From: Eledone cirrhosa
Taxonomy: Eukaryota
DNA: 64,000 nt
Direction of reading: 5' to 3'
Assembly (NCBI GenBank): GCA_964016885.1
Contig: OZ024744.1
Location: 16,740,001 to 16,804,000 of the forward strand
Part shown: positions 13,209 to 28,200 of the stretch, one piece after another
How positions within the stretch are numbered: position 1 is the first letter of the stretch
Layout of the letters: every line of letters starts with the position of its first letter
The notes under the pieces: model-generated
What the model was told of the DNA's origin: nothing
What the model saw: only the letters and a program-made list of their open reading frames with translations
Databases searched by the model: none
Made by a program: the position numbers and the translations under genes

Positions 13209-16200
13209 TTGAAGAATGTGTCCTGTGTTTACTGTAGTACTGTGTAAAGTGTACTGTTCACCTGAAGAATGTGTCCTGTGTTTACTGTAGTACTGTGTAA
13301 AGTGTACTGTTCAGCTGAAGAATGTGTCCTGTGTTTACTGTAGTACTGTGTAAAGTGTACTGTTCACCTGAAGAATGTGTCCTGTGTTGACTGTAGTACT
13401 GTGTATAGTGTATTGTTCACATGAAGAATGTGTCCTGTGTTTACTGTAGTACTGTGTAAAGTGTACTGTTCACCTGACGAATGTGTCCTGTGTTTACTGT
13501 AGTACAGTGTAATGTGTACTGTTCCGCTGAAGAATGTGTCCTGTGTTTACTGTAGTACTGTGTAAAGTGTACTGTTCACCTGAAGAATGTGTCCTGTGTT
13601 TAATGTAGTACTCTGTAAAGTGTACTGTTCACCTGAAGAATGTGTCCAGTGTTTTCTGTAGTACTGCGTAAAGTGTACTGTTCACCTGAAGAATGTGTCC
13701 TGTGTTTACTGTAGTACTGTGTAAAGTGTAATTTTCACCTGAAGAATGTGTCCTGTGTTTTCTGTAGTACTGCGTAAAGTGTACTGTTCACCTGAAGAAT
13801 GTGTCCTGTGTTTACTGTGGTACTGTGTAAAGTGTACTGTTCACTTGAAGAACGTGTCATGTGTTTACTGTTGTACTGTGTAAAGTGTATTGTTCACATG
13901 AAGAATGTGTCCTGTGTTTACTGTGGTACGGTGTAAAGTGTACTGTTCACCTGAAGAATATGTCCCGTGTTTACTGTAGTACTGTGTAAAGTGTACTGTT
14001 CACCTGAAGTATGTGTCCTGTGTTTACTGTAGAACTGTGTAAAGTGTACTGTTCAGCTGAAGAATGTGTCCTGTGTTTACTGTAGTACTGTGTAAAGTGT
14101 ACTGCTCAGCTGAAGAATGTGTCCTGTGTTTACTGTCGTACTGTGTAAAGTGTACTGTTCAGCTGAAAAATGTGTCCTGTGTTTGCTGCAGTACTGTGTA
14201 AAGTGTACAGTTCAGCTGAAGAATGTGTCCTGTGTTTACTGTAGTACTGTGTAAAGTGTACTGTTCACCTGACGAACGTGTCCTGTGTTTATGGTAGTAA
14301 TGTGTAAACTGTACTGTTCACCTGAAGAATGTGTCCTGTGTTTAATGTAGTACTGTGTAAAGTGTACTGTTCACCTGAAGAATGTGTCCCCTGTTTACTG
14401 TAGTACTGTGTAAAGTGTACTGTTCAGCTGAAGAAAGTGTCCTGTGTTTACTGTAGTGCTGTGTATAGTGTACTGTTCACCTGCAGAAAGTGTCCTGTGT
14501 TTACTGTAGTAACGTGTAAAGTGTACTGTTCACCTGAAGAATATGTCCTGTGTTTACTGTAGTACTGTGTAAAGTGTACTGTTCACCTGAAGAATGTGTC
14601 CTGTGTTGACTGTGGTACAGTGTAAAGGGTACTGTTCAGCTGAGGAATGTGTCCTGTGTTTACTGTAGTACTGTGTAAAGTGTACTGTTCAGCTGAAGAA
14701 TGTGTCCTGTGTTTACTGTAGTACTCTGTAAAGTGTACTGTTCACCTGAAGAATGTGTCCTGTGTTTACTGTAGTACTGTGTAAAGTGTACTGTTGACCT
14801 GAAGAATGTGTCCTGTGTTTACTGTAGTACTGCGTAAAGTGTACTGTTCACCTGAAGAATGTGTCCTGTGTTTACTGTAGTACTGTGTAACATGTACTGT
14901 TCAGCTAACTAATGGTTCCTGTGTTTACTGTAGTACTGTGTAAAGTGTACTCTTCACCTGAATAATGTGTCCTGTGTTTACTGTCGTACTGTGTAAAGTG
15001 TACTCTTCACCTGAAGAATGTGTCCTGTGTTTGCTGCAGTACTGTGTAAAGTGTACTGTTCACCTGACGAATGTGTCCTGTGTTTATTGTAGTACTGTGT
15101 AATGTGTACTGTTCAGCTGAAGAATGTGTCCTGTGTTTACTGTAGTACTGTGTAAAGTGTACTGTTCACCTGAAGAATGTGTCCTGTGTTTACTGTAGTA
15201 CTGTGTAAAGTGTACTGTTGACCTGAAGAATGTGTCCTGTGTTTACTGTAGTACTGCGTAAAGTGTACTGTTCACCTGAACAATGTGTCCTGTGTTTATT
15301 GTAGTAATGTGTAAATTATACTGTTCACCTGAAGAATGTGTCCTGTGTTTACTGTGGTACTGTGTAAAGTGTACTGTTCACCTGAAGAATGTGTCCTGTG
15401 TTTACTGTGGTACTATGTAAAGTGTACTATTCACCTGAAAAATGTGTCCTGTGTTTACTGTAGTAATGTGTAAAGTGTACAGTTAACCTGAAAAATGTGT
15501 CCTGTGTTTACTGTGGTACTGTGTAAAGTGTACTGTTCACCTGAAGAATGTGTCCTGTGTTTGCTGTAGTAATGTGTAAAGTGTACTGTTCACCTGAAGA
15601 ATGTGTCCTGTGTTTACTGTGGTACTGTGTAAAGTGTACTGTTCACCTGAAGCATGTGTCCTGTGTTTACTGTAGTAATGTGTAAAGTGTACTGTTCACC
15701 TGAAGAATATGTCCTGTGTTTACTGTAGTACTGTGTAAAGTGTACTGTTCATCTGAAGAAGATGTCCTGTGTTTACTGTAGTACTGTGTAAAGTATAATG
15801 TTTAGCTGAAAAATGTGTCCTGTGTTTGCTGCAGTACTGTGTAAAGTGTACAGTTCAGCTGAAGAATGTGTCCTGTGTTTACTGTAGTACTGTGTAAAGT
15901 GTACTGTTCACCTGACGAACGTGTCCTGTGTTTATGGTAGTAATATGTAAAGTGTACTGTTCACCTGAAGAATGTGTCCTGTGTTTAATGTAGTACTGTG
16001 TAAAGTGTACTGTTCACCTGAAGAATGTGTCCCCTGTTTACTGTAGTACTGTGTAAAGTGTACTGTTCAGCTGAAGAAAGTGTCCTGTGTTTACTGTAGT
16101 ACTGTGTAAAGTGTACTGTTCACCTGAAGAATGTGTCCTGTGTTTACTGTAGTACTGTGTATAGTGTACTGTTCACCTGCAGAAAGTGTCCTGTGTTTAC

Positions 16201-19200
16201 TGTAGTAACGTGTAAAGTGTACTGTTCACCTGAAGAATATGTCCTGTGTTTACTGTAGCACTGTGTAAAGTGTACTGTTCACCTGAAGAATGTGTCCTGT
16301 GTTGACTGTGGTACAGTGTAAAGGGTACTGTTCAGCTGAGGAATGTGTCCTGTGTTTACTGTAGTACTGTGTAAAGTGTACTGTTCAGCTGAAGAATGTG
16401 TCCTGTGTTTACTGTAGTACTGTGTAAAGTGTACTGTTCACCTGAAGAAAGTGCCTGTGTTGACTGTAGTACTGTGTAAATTGTACTGTTCAGCTGAGGA
16501 ATGTGTCCTGTGTTTACTGTAGTACTGTGTAAAGTGTACTGTTCAGCTGAGGAATGTGTCCTGTGTTTACTGTAGTACTGTGTAAAGTGTAATATTCACC
16601 TGAGGAATGTGTCCTGTGTTTACTGTAGTACTGTGTAAAGTGTACTGTTCACCTGAAAAAAGTGTCCTGTGTTTACTGTAGTAACGTGTAAAGTGTACTG
16701 TTCACCTGAAGAATGTGTCCTGTGTTTACTGTAGTACTGTGTAAAGTGTACTCTTCACCTGAAGAAAGTGTCCTGTGTTTATTGTTATAACGTGTAAAGT
16801 GTACTGTTCACCTGAAGAATGTGTCCTGTGTTTACTGTAGTACTGTGTAAAGTGTACTGTTCACCTGAAGAAAGTGTCCTGTGTTTACTGTAGTAACGTG
16901 TAAAGTGTACTGTTCACCTGAAGAATGTGTCCTGTGTTTACTGTAGTACTGTCTAAAGTGTACTGTTCACCTGACGAAAGTGTCCTGTGTTTATTGTAGT
17001 AACGTGTAAAGTGTACTGTTCACCTGAAGAATGTGTCCTGTGTTTACTGTAGTACTGTCTAAAGTGTACTGTTCACCTGAAGAAAGTGTCCTGTGTTTAT
17101 TGTAGTAACGTGTAAAGTGTACTGTTCACCTGAAGAATGTGTCCTGTGTTTACTGTAGTAATGTGTAAAGTGTACTGTTCACCTGAAGAATGTGTCCTGT
17201 GTTTAATGTAGTACTGTGTAAAGTGTACTGTTCACCTGAAGAATGTGTCCTGTGTTTACTGTAGTACTGTGTAAAGTGTACTGTTCACCTGAAGAAAGTG
17301 TCCTGTGTTTATTGTAGTAACGTGTAAAGTGTACCGTTCACCTGAAGAATCTGTCCTGTGTTTACTGTAGTACTGTGTAAAGTGTACTGTTCACCTGAAG
17401 AAAGTGTCCTGTGTTTACTGTAGTAACGTGTAAAGTGTACTGTTCACCTGAAGAATGTGTCCTGTGTTTACTGTAGTACTGTGTAAAGTGTACTGTTCAC
17501 CTGAAGTATGTGTCCTGTGTTTACTGTAGTACTGTGTAAAGTGTACTGTTCACCTGAAGAATGTATCCTGTGTTTACTGTTTTACTGTGGTACTGTGTAA
17601 AGCGTATTGTTCAGCTGAAGGATGTGTCCTGTGTTTACTGTAGTACTGTGTAACATGTACTGTTCAGCTAACTAATGGTTCCTGTGTTTACTGTAGTACT
17701 GTGTAAAGTGTACTCTTCACCTGAATAATGTGTCCTGTGTTTACTGTCGTACTGTGTAAAGTGTACTGTTCACCTGAAGAATGTGTCCTGTGTTTACTGT
17801 AGTAATGTGTAAAGTGTGCTGTTCAGCTGAAGAATATGTCCTGTGTTTACTGTCGTACTGTGTAAAGTGTTCTCTTCACCTGAAGAATGTGTCCTGTGTT
17901 TGCTGCAGTACTGTGTAAAGTGTACTGTTCACCTGACGAATGTGTCCTGTGTTTATTGTAGTACTGTGTAATGTGTACTGTTCAGCTGAAGAATGTGTCC
18001 TGTGTTTACTGTAGTACTGTGTAAAGTGTACTGTTCACCTGAAGAATGTGTCCTGTGTTTACTGTGGTACTGTGTAAAGTGTACTGTTCACCTGAAGAAT
18101 GTGTCCTGTGTTTACTGTGGTACTATGTAAAGTGTACTATTCACCTGAAAAAGTGTCCTGTGTTTACTGTAGTAATGTGTAAAGTGTACAGTTAACCTGA
18201 AAAATGTGTCCTGTGTTTACTGTGGTACTGTGTAAAGTGTACTGTTCACCTGAAGAATGTGTCCTGTGTTTGCTGTAGTAATGTGTAAAGTGTACTGTTC
18301 ACCTGAAGAAAGTGTCCTGTGTTTATTGTAGTAACGTGTAAAGTGTACCGTTCACCTGAAGAATCTGTCCTGTGTTTACTGTAGTACTGTGTAAAGTGTA
18401 CTGTTCACCTGAAGAAAGTGTCCTGTGTTTATTGTAGTAACGTGTAAAGTGTACTGTTGACCTGAAGAATGTGTCCTGTGTTTACTGTAGTACTGCGTAA
18501 AGTGTACTGTTCACCTGAAGAATGTGTCCTGTGTTTATTGTAGTAATGTGTAAATTATACTGTTCACCTGAAGAATGTGTCCTGTGTAAAGTGTACTGTT
18601 CACCTGAAGAATGTGTCCTGTGTTTACTGTGGTACTATGTAAAGTGTACTATTCACCTGAAAAATGTGTCCTGTGTTTACTGTAGTAATGTGTAAAGTGT
18701 ACAGTTAACCTGAAAAATGTGTCCTGTGTTTACTGTGGTACTGTGTAAAGTGTACTGTTCACCTGAAGAATGTGTCCTGTGTTTGCTGTAGTAATGTGTA
18801 AAGTGTACTGTTCACCTGAAGAATGTGTCCTGTGTTTACTGTGGTACTGTGTAAAGTGTACTGTTCACCTGAAGCATGTGTCCTGTGTTTACTGTAGTAA
18901 TGTGTAAAGTGTACTGTTCACCTGAAGAATATGTCCTGTGTTTACTGTAGTACTGTGTAAAGTGTACTGTTCATCTGAAGAATATGTCCTGTGTTTACTG
19001 TAGTACTGTGTAAAGTATAATGTTTAGCTGAAGAAAGTGTCCTGTGTTTACTGTAGTACTGTGTAAAGTGTACTGTTCACCTGAAGAATGTGTCCTGTGT
19101 TTACTGTGGTACAGTGTAAAGTGTACTGTTCACCTGAAGAAAGTGTCCTGTATTTACTGTAGTAACGTGTAAAGTGTACTGTTCACTTGAAGAATGTGTC

Positions 19201-22200
19201 CTGTGTTTACTGTAGTACTGTGTAAAGTGTACTGTTCACCTGAAGAATGTGTCCTGTGTTTACTGTAGTACTGTGTAAAGTGTACTGTTCAGCTGAAGAA
19301 TGTGTCCTGTGTTTACTGTAGTACTGTGTAAAGTGTACTGTTCACCTGAAGAATGTGTCCTGTGTTGACTGTAGTAACGTGTAAAGTGTACTGTTCACTT
19401 GAAGAATGTGTCCTGTGTTTACTGTAGTACTGTGTAAAGTGTAATTTTCACCTGAAGAATGTGTTCTGTGTTTTCTGTAGTACTGCGTAAAGTGTACTGT
19501 TCACCTGAAGAATGTGTCCTGTGTTTACTGTGGTACTGTGTAAAGTGTACTGTTCACTTGAAGAACGTGTCATTTGTTTACTGTGGTACTGTGTAAAGTG
19601 TATTGTTCACATGAAGAATGTGTCCTGTGTTTACTGTATTACTGTGTAAAGTGTACTGTTCACCTGACGAATGTGTCCTGTGTTTACTGTAGTAATGTGT
19701 AAAGTGTGCTGCTCAGCTGAAGAATATGTCCTGTGTTTACTGTGGTACGGTGTAAAGTGTACTGTTCACCTGAAGAATATGTCCCGTGTTTACTGTAGTA
19801 CTGTGTAAAGTGTACTGTTCACCTGAAGTATGTGTCCTGTGTTTACTGTAGAACTGTGTAAAGTGTACTGTTCAGCTGAAGAATGTGTCCCGTGTTTACT
19901 GTAGTACTGTGTAAAGTGTACTGCTCAGCTGAAGAATGTGTCCTGTGTTTACTGTCGTACTGTGTAAAGTGTACTGTTCAGCTGAAAAATGTGTCCTGTG
20001 TTTGCTGCAGTACTGTGTAAAGTGTACAGTTCAGCTGAAGAATGTGTCCTGTTTTTACTGTAGTACTGTGTAAAGTGTTCTGTTCACCTGACGAACGTGT
20101 CCTGTGTTTATGGTAGTAATGTGTAAAGTGTACTGTTCACCTGAAGAATGTGTCCTGTGTTTAATGTAGTACTGTGTAAAGTGTACTGTTCACCTGAAGA
20201 ATGTGTCCCCTGTTTACTGTAGTACTGTGTAAAGTGTACTGTTCAGCTGAAGAAAGTGTCCTGTGTTTACTGTAGTACTGTGTAACGTGTACTGTTCACC
20301 TGAAGAATGTGTCCTGTGTTTACTGTAGTACTGTGTATAGTGTACTGTTCACCTGCAGAAAGTGTCCTGTGTTTACTGTAGTAACGTGTAAAGTGTACTG
20401 TTCACCTGAAGAATATGTCCTGTGTTTACTGTAGTACTGTGTAAAGTGTACTGTTCACCTGAAGAATGTGTCCTGTGTTGACTGTGGTACAGTGTAAAGG
20501 GTACTGTTCAGCTGAGGAATGTGTCCTGTGTTTACTGTAGTACTGTGTAAAGTGTACTGTTCAGCTGAAGAATGTGTCCTGTGTTTACTGTAGTACTGTG
20601 TAAAGTGTACTGTTCACCTGAAGAAAGTGCCTGTGTTGACTGTAGTACTGTGTAAAGTGTACTGTTCAGCTGAGGAATGTGTCCTGTGTTTACTGTAGTA
20701 CTGTGTAAAGTGTACTGTTCAGCTGAGGAATGTGTCCTGTGTTTACTGTAGTACTGTGTAAAGTGTACTATTCACCTGAGGAATGTGTCCTGTGTTTACT
20801 GTAGTACTGTGTAAAGTGTACTGTTCACCTGAAAAAAGTGTCCTGTGTTTACTGTAGTAACGTGTAAAGTGTACTGTTCACCTGAAGAATGTGTCCTGTG
20901 TTTACTGTAGTACTGTGTAAAGTGTACTGTTCACCTGAAGAAAGTGTCCTGTGTTTACTGTAGTAACGTGTAAAGTGTACTGTTCACCTGAAGAATGTGT
21001 CCTGTGTTTACTGTAGTACTGTCTAAAGTGTACTGTTCACCTGAAGAAAGTGTCCTGTGTTTATTGTAGTAACGTGTAAAGTGTACTGTTCACCTGAAGA
21101 ATGTGTCCTTTGTTTACTGTAGTACTGTGTAAAGTGTACTGTTCACCTGAAGAATGTGTCCTGTGTTTACTGTAGTACTGTGTAAAGTGTACTGTTCACC
21201 TGAAGAAAGTGTCCTGTGTTTATTGTAGTAACGTGTAAAGTGTACCGTTCACCTGAAGAATCTGTCCTGTGTTTACTGTAGTACTGTGTAAAGTGTACTG
21301 TTCACCTGAAGAAAGTGTCCTGTGTTTACTGTAGTAACGTGTAAAGTGTACTGTTCACCTGAAGAATGTGTCCTGTGTTTACTGTAGTACTGTGTAAAGT
21401 GTACTGTTCACCTGAAAAATATGACCTGTGTTTACTGTAGTACTGTGTAAAGTGTACTGTTCATCTGAAGAATATGTCCTGTGTTTACTGTAGTACTGTG
21501 TAAAGTATAATGTTTAGCTGAAGAAAGTGTCCTGTGTTTACTGTAGTACTGTGTAAAGTGTACTGTTCACCTGAAGAATGTGTCCTGTGTTTACTGTGGT
21601 ACAGTGTAAAGTGTACTGTTCACCTGAAGAAAGTGTCCTGTGTTTACTGTAGTAACGTGTAAAGTGTACTGTTCACTTGAAGAATGTGTCCTGTGTTTAC
21701 TGTAGTACTGTGTAAAGTGTACTGTTCACCTGAAGAATGTGTCCTGTGTTTACTGTAGTACTGTCTAAAGTGTACTGTTCAGCTGAAGAATGTGTCCTGT
21801 GTTTACTGTAGTACTGTGTAAAGTGTACTGTTCACCTGAAGAATGTGTCCTGTGTTGACTGTAGTACTGTGTAAAGTGTATTGTTCACATGAAGAATGTG
21901 TCCTGTGTTTACTGTAGTACTGTGTAAAGTGTACTGTTCACCTGACGAATGTGTCCTGTGTTGACTGTGGTACAGTGTAGAGGGTACTGTTCAGCTGAGG
22001 AATGTGTCCTGTGTTTACTGTAGTACTGTGTAAAGTGTACTGTTCAGTTGAAGAATGTGTCCTGTGTTTACTGTAGTACTGTGTAAAGTGTACTGTTCAC
22101 CTGAAGAAAGTGCCTGTGTTGACTGTAGTACTGTGTAAAGTGTACTGTTCAGCTGAGGAATGTGTCCTGTGTTTACTGTAGTACTGTGTAAAGTGTACTG

Positions 22201-25200
22201 TTCATCTGAGGAATGTGTCCTGTGTTTACTGTAGTACTGTGTAAAGTGTACTATTCACCTGAGGAATGTGTACTGTGTTTACTGTAGTACTGTGTAAAGT
22301 GTACTGTTCACCTGAAGAAAGTGTCCTGTGTTTATTGTAGTACTGTGTAAAGTGTACTGTTCACCTGAAGAATGTGTCCTGTGTTTACTGTAGTACTGTG
22401 TAACGTGTACTGTTCACCTGAAGAAAGTGTCCTGTGTTTACTGTAGTAACGTGTAAAGTGTACTGTTCACCTGAAGAATGTGTCCTGTGTTTACTGTAGT
22501 ACTGTGTAAAGTGTACTGTTCACCTGAAGAAAGTGTCCTGTGTTTATTGTAGTAACGTGTAAAGTGTACTGTTCACCTGAAGAATGTGTCCTGTGTTTAC
22601 TGTAGTACTGTGTAAAGTGTACTGTTCACCTGAAGAAAGTGTCCTGTGTTTACTGTAGTAACGTGTAAAGTGTACTGTTCACCTGAAGAATGTGTCCTGT
22701 GTTTACTGTAGTACTGTCTAAAGTGTACTGTTCACCTGAAGAAAGTGTCCTGTGTTTATTGTAGTAACGTGTAAAGTGTACTGTTCACCTGAAGAATGTG
22801 TCCTGTGTTTACTGTAGTACTGTGTAAAGTGTACTGTTCACCTAAAGAATGTGTCCTGTGTTTACTGTAGTACTGTGTAAAGTGTACTGTTCACCTGAAG
22901 AAAGTGTCCTGTGTTTATTGTAGTAACGTGTAAAGTGTACCGTTCACCTGAAGAATGTGTCCTGTGTTTACTGTAGTACTGTGTAAAGTGTACTGTTCAC
23001 CTGAAGAAAGTGTCCTGTGTTTACTGTAGTAACGTGTAAAGTGTACTGTTCACCTGAAGAATGTGTCCTGTGTTTACTGTAGTACTGTGTAAAGTGTACT
23101 GTTCACCTGAAGAATGTGTCCTGTGTTTACTGTAGTACTGTGTAAAGTGTACTGTTCACCTGAAGAAAGTGTCCTGTGTTTATTGTAGTAACGTGTAAAG
23201 TGTACTGTTCACCTGAAGAATGTGTCCTGTGTTTACTGTAGTACTGTCTAAAGTGTACTGTTCACCTGAAGAAAGTGTCCTGTGTTTATTGTAGTAACGT
23301 GTAAAGTGTACTGTTCACCTGAAGAATGTATCCTGTGTTTACTGTAGTACTGTGTAAAGTGTACTGTTCACCTGAAGAATGTGTCCTGTGTTTAATGTAG
23401 TACTGTGTAAAGTGTACTGTTCAGCTGAACAATGTGTCCTGTGTTTACTGTAGTACTGTGTAAAGTGTACTGTTCACCTGAAGAAAGTTTCCTGTGTTGA
23501 CTGTAGTACTGTGTAAAGTGTACTGTTCAGCTGAGGAATGTGTCCTGTGTTTACTGTAGTACTGTGTAAAGTGTACTGTTCAGCTGAAGAATGTGTCCTG
23601 TGTTTACTGTAGTACTGTGTAAAGTGTACTGTTCACCTGAAGAAAGTGTCCTGTGTTTATTGTAGTAACGTGTAAAGTGCACTGTTCACCTGAAGAATGT
23701 GTCCTGTGTTTAATGTAGTACTGTGTAAAGTGTATTGTTCACATGAAGAATGTGTCCTGTGTTTACTGTAGTACTGTGTAAAGTGTACTGTTCACCTGAC
23801 GAAAGTGTCCTGTGTTTACTGTAGTAACGTGTAAAGTGTACTGTTCACCTGAAGAATGTGTCCTGTGTTTACTGTAGTACTGTGTAAAGTGTACTGTTCA
23901 CCTGAAGAATGTGTCCTGTGTTTACTGTAGTACTGTGTAAAGTGTACTGTTCACCTGAAGAAAGTGTCCAGTGTTTACTGTAGTAACGTGTAAAGTGTAC
24001 TGTTCACCTGAAGAATGTGTCCTGTGTTTACTGTAGTACTGTGTAAAGTGTACTGTTCACCTGAAGAAAGTGTCCTGTGTTTACTGTAGTAACGTGTAAA
24101 GTGTACTGTTCACCTGAAGAATGTGTCCTGTGTTTACTGTAGTACTGTGTAAAGTGTACTGTTCACCTGAAGAAAGTGTCCTGTGTTTACTGTAGTAACG
24201 TGTAAAGTGTACTGTTCACCCAAAGAATGTGTCCTGTATTTACTGTAGTACTGTGTAAAGTGTACTGTTCAGCTGAAGAAAGTGTCCTGTGTTTACTGTA
24301 GTAACGTGTAAAGTGTATTGTTCACCTGAAGAATGTGTCCTGTGTTTACTGTAGTACTGTGTAAAGTGTACTGTTCACCTGAAGAAAGTGTCCTGTGTTT
24401 ACTGTAGTAACGTGTAAAGTGTACTGTTCACCTGAAGAATGTGTCCTGTGTTGACTGTAGTACAGTGTAAAGGGTACTGTTCAGCTGAGGAATGTGTCCT
24501 GTGTTTACTGTAGTACTGTGTAAAGTGTACTGTTCAGCTGAAGAATGTGTCCTGTGTTTACTGTAGTACTGTGTAAAGTGTACTGTTCACCTGAAAAAAG
24601 TGTCCTGTGTTGACTCTAGTACTGTGTAAAGTGTACTGTTCAGCTGAGGAATGTGTCCTGTGTTTACTGTAGTACTGTGTAAAGTGTACTGTTCAGCTGA
24701 AGAATGTGTCCTGTATTTACTGTAGTACTGTGTAAAGTGTACTATTCACCTGAGGAATGTGTCCTGTGTTTACTGTAGTACTGTGTAAAGTGTACTGTTC
24801 ACCTGAAGAATGTGTCCTGTGTTTACTGTAGTACTGTGTAAAGTGTACTGTTCACCTGAAGAAAGTGTCCTGTGTATACTGTAGTAACGTGTAAAGTGTA
24901 CTGTTCACCTGAAGAATGTGTCCTGTGTTTACTGTAGTACTGTGTAAAGTGTACTGTTCACCTGAAGAAAGTGTCCTGTGTTTATTGTAGTAACGTGTAA
25001 AGTGTACTGTTCACCTGAAGAATGTGTCCTGTGTTTACTGTAGTACTGTGTAAAGTGTACTGTTCACCTGAAGAAAGTGTCCTGTGTTTATTGTAGTAAC
25101 GTGTAAAGTGTACTGTTCACCTGAAGAATGTGTCCTGTGTTTACTGTAGTACTGTGTAAAGTGTATTGTTCACATGAAGAATGTGTCCTGTGTTTACTGT

Positions 25201-28200
25201 AGTACTGTGTAAAGTGTACTGCTCACCTGAAGAAAGTGTCCTGTGTTTACTGTAGTAACGTGTAAAGTGTACTGTTCACCTGAAGAATGTGTCCTGTGTT
25301 TACTGTAGTACTGTGTAAAGTGTACTGTTCACCTGAAGAATGTGTCCTGTGTTTACTGTAGTACTGTGTAAAGTGTACTGTTCACCTGAAGAAAGTGTCC
25401 TGTGTTTACTGTAGTAACGTGTAAAGTGTACTGTTCACCTGAAGAATGTGTCCTGTGTTTACTGTAGTACTGTGTAAAGTGTACTGTTCACCTGAAGAAA
25501 GTGTCCTGTGTTTACTGTAGTAACGTGTAAAGTGTACTGTTCACCTGAAGAATGTGTCCTGTGTTTACTGTAGTACTGTGTAAAGTGTACTGTTCACCTG
25601 AAGAATGTGTCCTGTGTTTACTGTAGTACTGTGTAAAGTGTACTGTTCACCTGAAGAAAGTGTCCTGTGTTTACTGTAGTAACGTGTAAAGTGTACTGTT
25701 CACCTGAAGAATGTGTCCTGTGTTTACTGTAGTACTGTGTAAAGTGTACTGTTCACCTGAAGAAAGTGTCCTGTGTTTACTGTAGTAACGTGTAAAGTGT
25801 ACTGTTCACCTGAAGAATGTGTCCTGTGTTTACTGTAGTACCGTGTAAAGTGTACTGTTCACCTGAAGAAAGTGTCCTGTGTTTACTGTAGTAACGTGTA
25901 AAGTGTACTGTTCACCCGAAGTATGCGTCCTGTATTTACTGTAGTACTGTGTAAAGTGTACTGTTCACCTGAAGAAAGTGTCCTGTGTTTACTGTAGTAA
26001 CGTGTAAAGTGTACTGTTCACCTGAAGAATGTGTCCTGTGTTTACTGTAGTACTGTGTATAGTGTACTGTTCACCTGAAGAAAGTGTCCTGTGTTTATTG
26101 TAGTAACGTGTAAAGTGTACTGTTCACCTGAACAATGTGTCCTGTGTTTACTGTAGTACTGTGTAAAGTGTACTGTTCACCTGAAGAATGTGTCCTGTGT
26201 TTACTGTAGTACTGTGTAAAGTGTACTGTTCACCTGAAGAAAGTGTTCTGTGTTTACTGTAGTAACGTGTAAAGTGTACTGTTCACCTGAAGATTGTGTC
26301 CTGTGTTTACTGTAGTACTGTGTAAAGTGTACTGTTCACCTGAAGAATGTGTCCTGTGTTGACTGTAGTACAGTGTAAAGGGTACTGTTGAGCTGAGGAA
26401 TGTGTCCTGTGTTTACTGTAGTACTGTGTAAAGTGTACTGTTCAGCTGAACAATGTGTCCTGTGTTTACTGTAGTACTGTGTAAAGTGTACTGTTCACCT
26501 GAAGAAAGTGTCCTGTGTTGACTGTAGTACTGTGTAAAGTGTACTGTTCAGCTGAGGAATGTGTCCTGTGTTTACTGTAGTACTGTGTAAAGTGTACTGT
26601 TCAGCTGAAGAATGTGTCCTGTGTTTACTGTAGTACTGTGTAAAGTGTACTATTCACCTGAGGAATGTGTCCTGTGTTTACTGTAGTACTGTGTAAAGTG
26701 TACTGTTCACCTGAAGAATGTGTCCTGTGTTTACTGTAGTACTGTGTAAAGTGTACTGTTCACCTGAAGAAAGTGTCCTGTGTTTACTGTAGTAACGTGT
26801 AAAGTGTACTGTTCACCTGAAGAATGTGTCCTGTGTTTACTGTAGTACTGTGTAAAGTGTACTGTTCACCTGAAGAAAATGTCCTGTGTTTATTGTAGTA
26901 ACGTGTAAAGTGTACTGTTCACCTGAAGAATGTGTCCTGTGTTTACTGTAGTACTGTGTAAAGTGTACTGTTCACCTGAAGAAAGTGTCCTGTGTTTACT
27001 GTAGAAACGTGTAAAGTGTACTGTTCACCTGAAGAATGTGTCCTGTGTTTACTGTAGTACTGTGTAAAGTGTACTGTTCACCTGAAGAAAGTGTCCTGTG
27101 TTTATTGTAGTAACGTGTAAAGTGTACTGTTCACCTGAAGAATGTGTCCTGTGTTTACTGTAGTACTGTGTAAAGTGTACTGTTCACCTGAAGAAAGTGT
27201 CCTGTGTTTACTGTAGTAACGTGTAAAGTGTACTGTTCACCTGAAGAATGTGTCCTGTGTTTACTGTAGTACTGTGTAAAGTGTACTGTTCACCTGAAGA
27301 ATGTGTCCTGTGTTTACTGTAGTACTGTGTAAAGTGTACTGTTCACCTGAAGAATGTGTCCTGTGTTTACTGTAGTACTGTGTAAAGTGTACTGTTCACC
27401 TGAAGAAAGTGTCCTGTGTTTACTGTAGTAACGTGTAAAGTGTACTGTTCACCTGAAGAATGTGTCCTGTGTTTACTGTAGTACTGTGTAAAGTGTACTG
27501 TCCACCTGACGAAAGTGTCCTGTGTTTACTGTAGTAACGTGTAAAGTGTACTGTTCACCTGAAGAATGTGTCCTGTGTTTACTGTAGTACTGTGTAAAGT
27601 GTACTGTTCACCTGAAGAATGTGTCCTGTGTTTACTGTAGTACTGTGTAAAGTGTACTGTTCACCTGAAGAAAGTGTCCTGTGTTTATTGTAGTAACGTG
27701 TAAAGTGTACTGTTCACCTGAAGAATGTGTCCTGTGTTTACTGTAGTACTGTGTAATGTGTACTGTTCACCTGAAGAAAGTGTCCTGTGTTTATTGTAGT
27801 AACGTGTAAAGTGTACTGTTCACCTGAAGAATGTGTCCTGTGTTTACTGTAGTACTGTGTAAAGTGTACTGTTCACCTGAAGAAAGTGTCCTGTGTTTAT
27901 TGTAGTAACGTGTAAAGTGTACTGTTCACCTGAAGAATGTGTCCTGTGTTTACTGTAGTACTGTGTAAAGTGTACTGTTCACCTGAAGAAAGTGTCCTGT
28001 GTTTACTGTAGTAACGTGTAAAGTGTACTGTTCACCTGAAGAATGTGTCCTGTGTTTACTGTAGTACTGTGTAAAGTGTACTGTTCACCTGAAGAAAGTG
28101 TCCTGTGTTTACTGTAGTAACGTGTAAAGTGTACTGTTCACCTGAAGAATGTGTCCTGTGTTTACTGTAGTACTGTGTAAAGTGTACTGTTCACCTGAAG

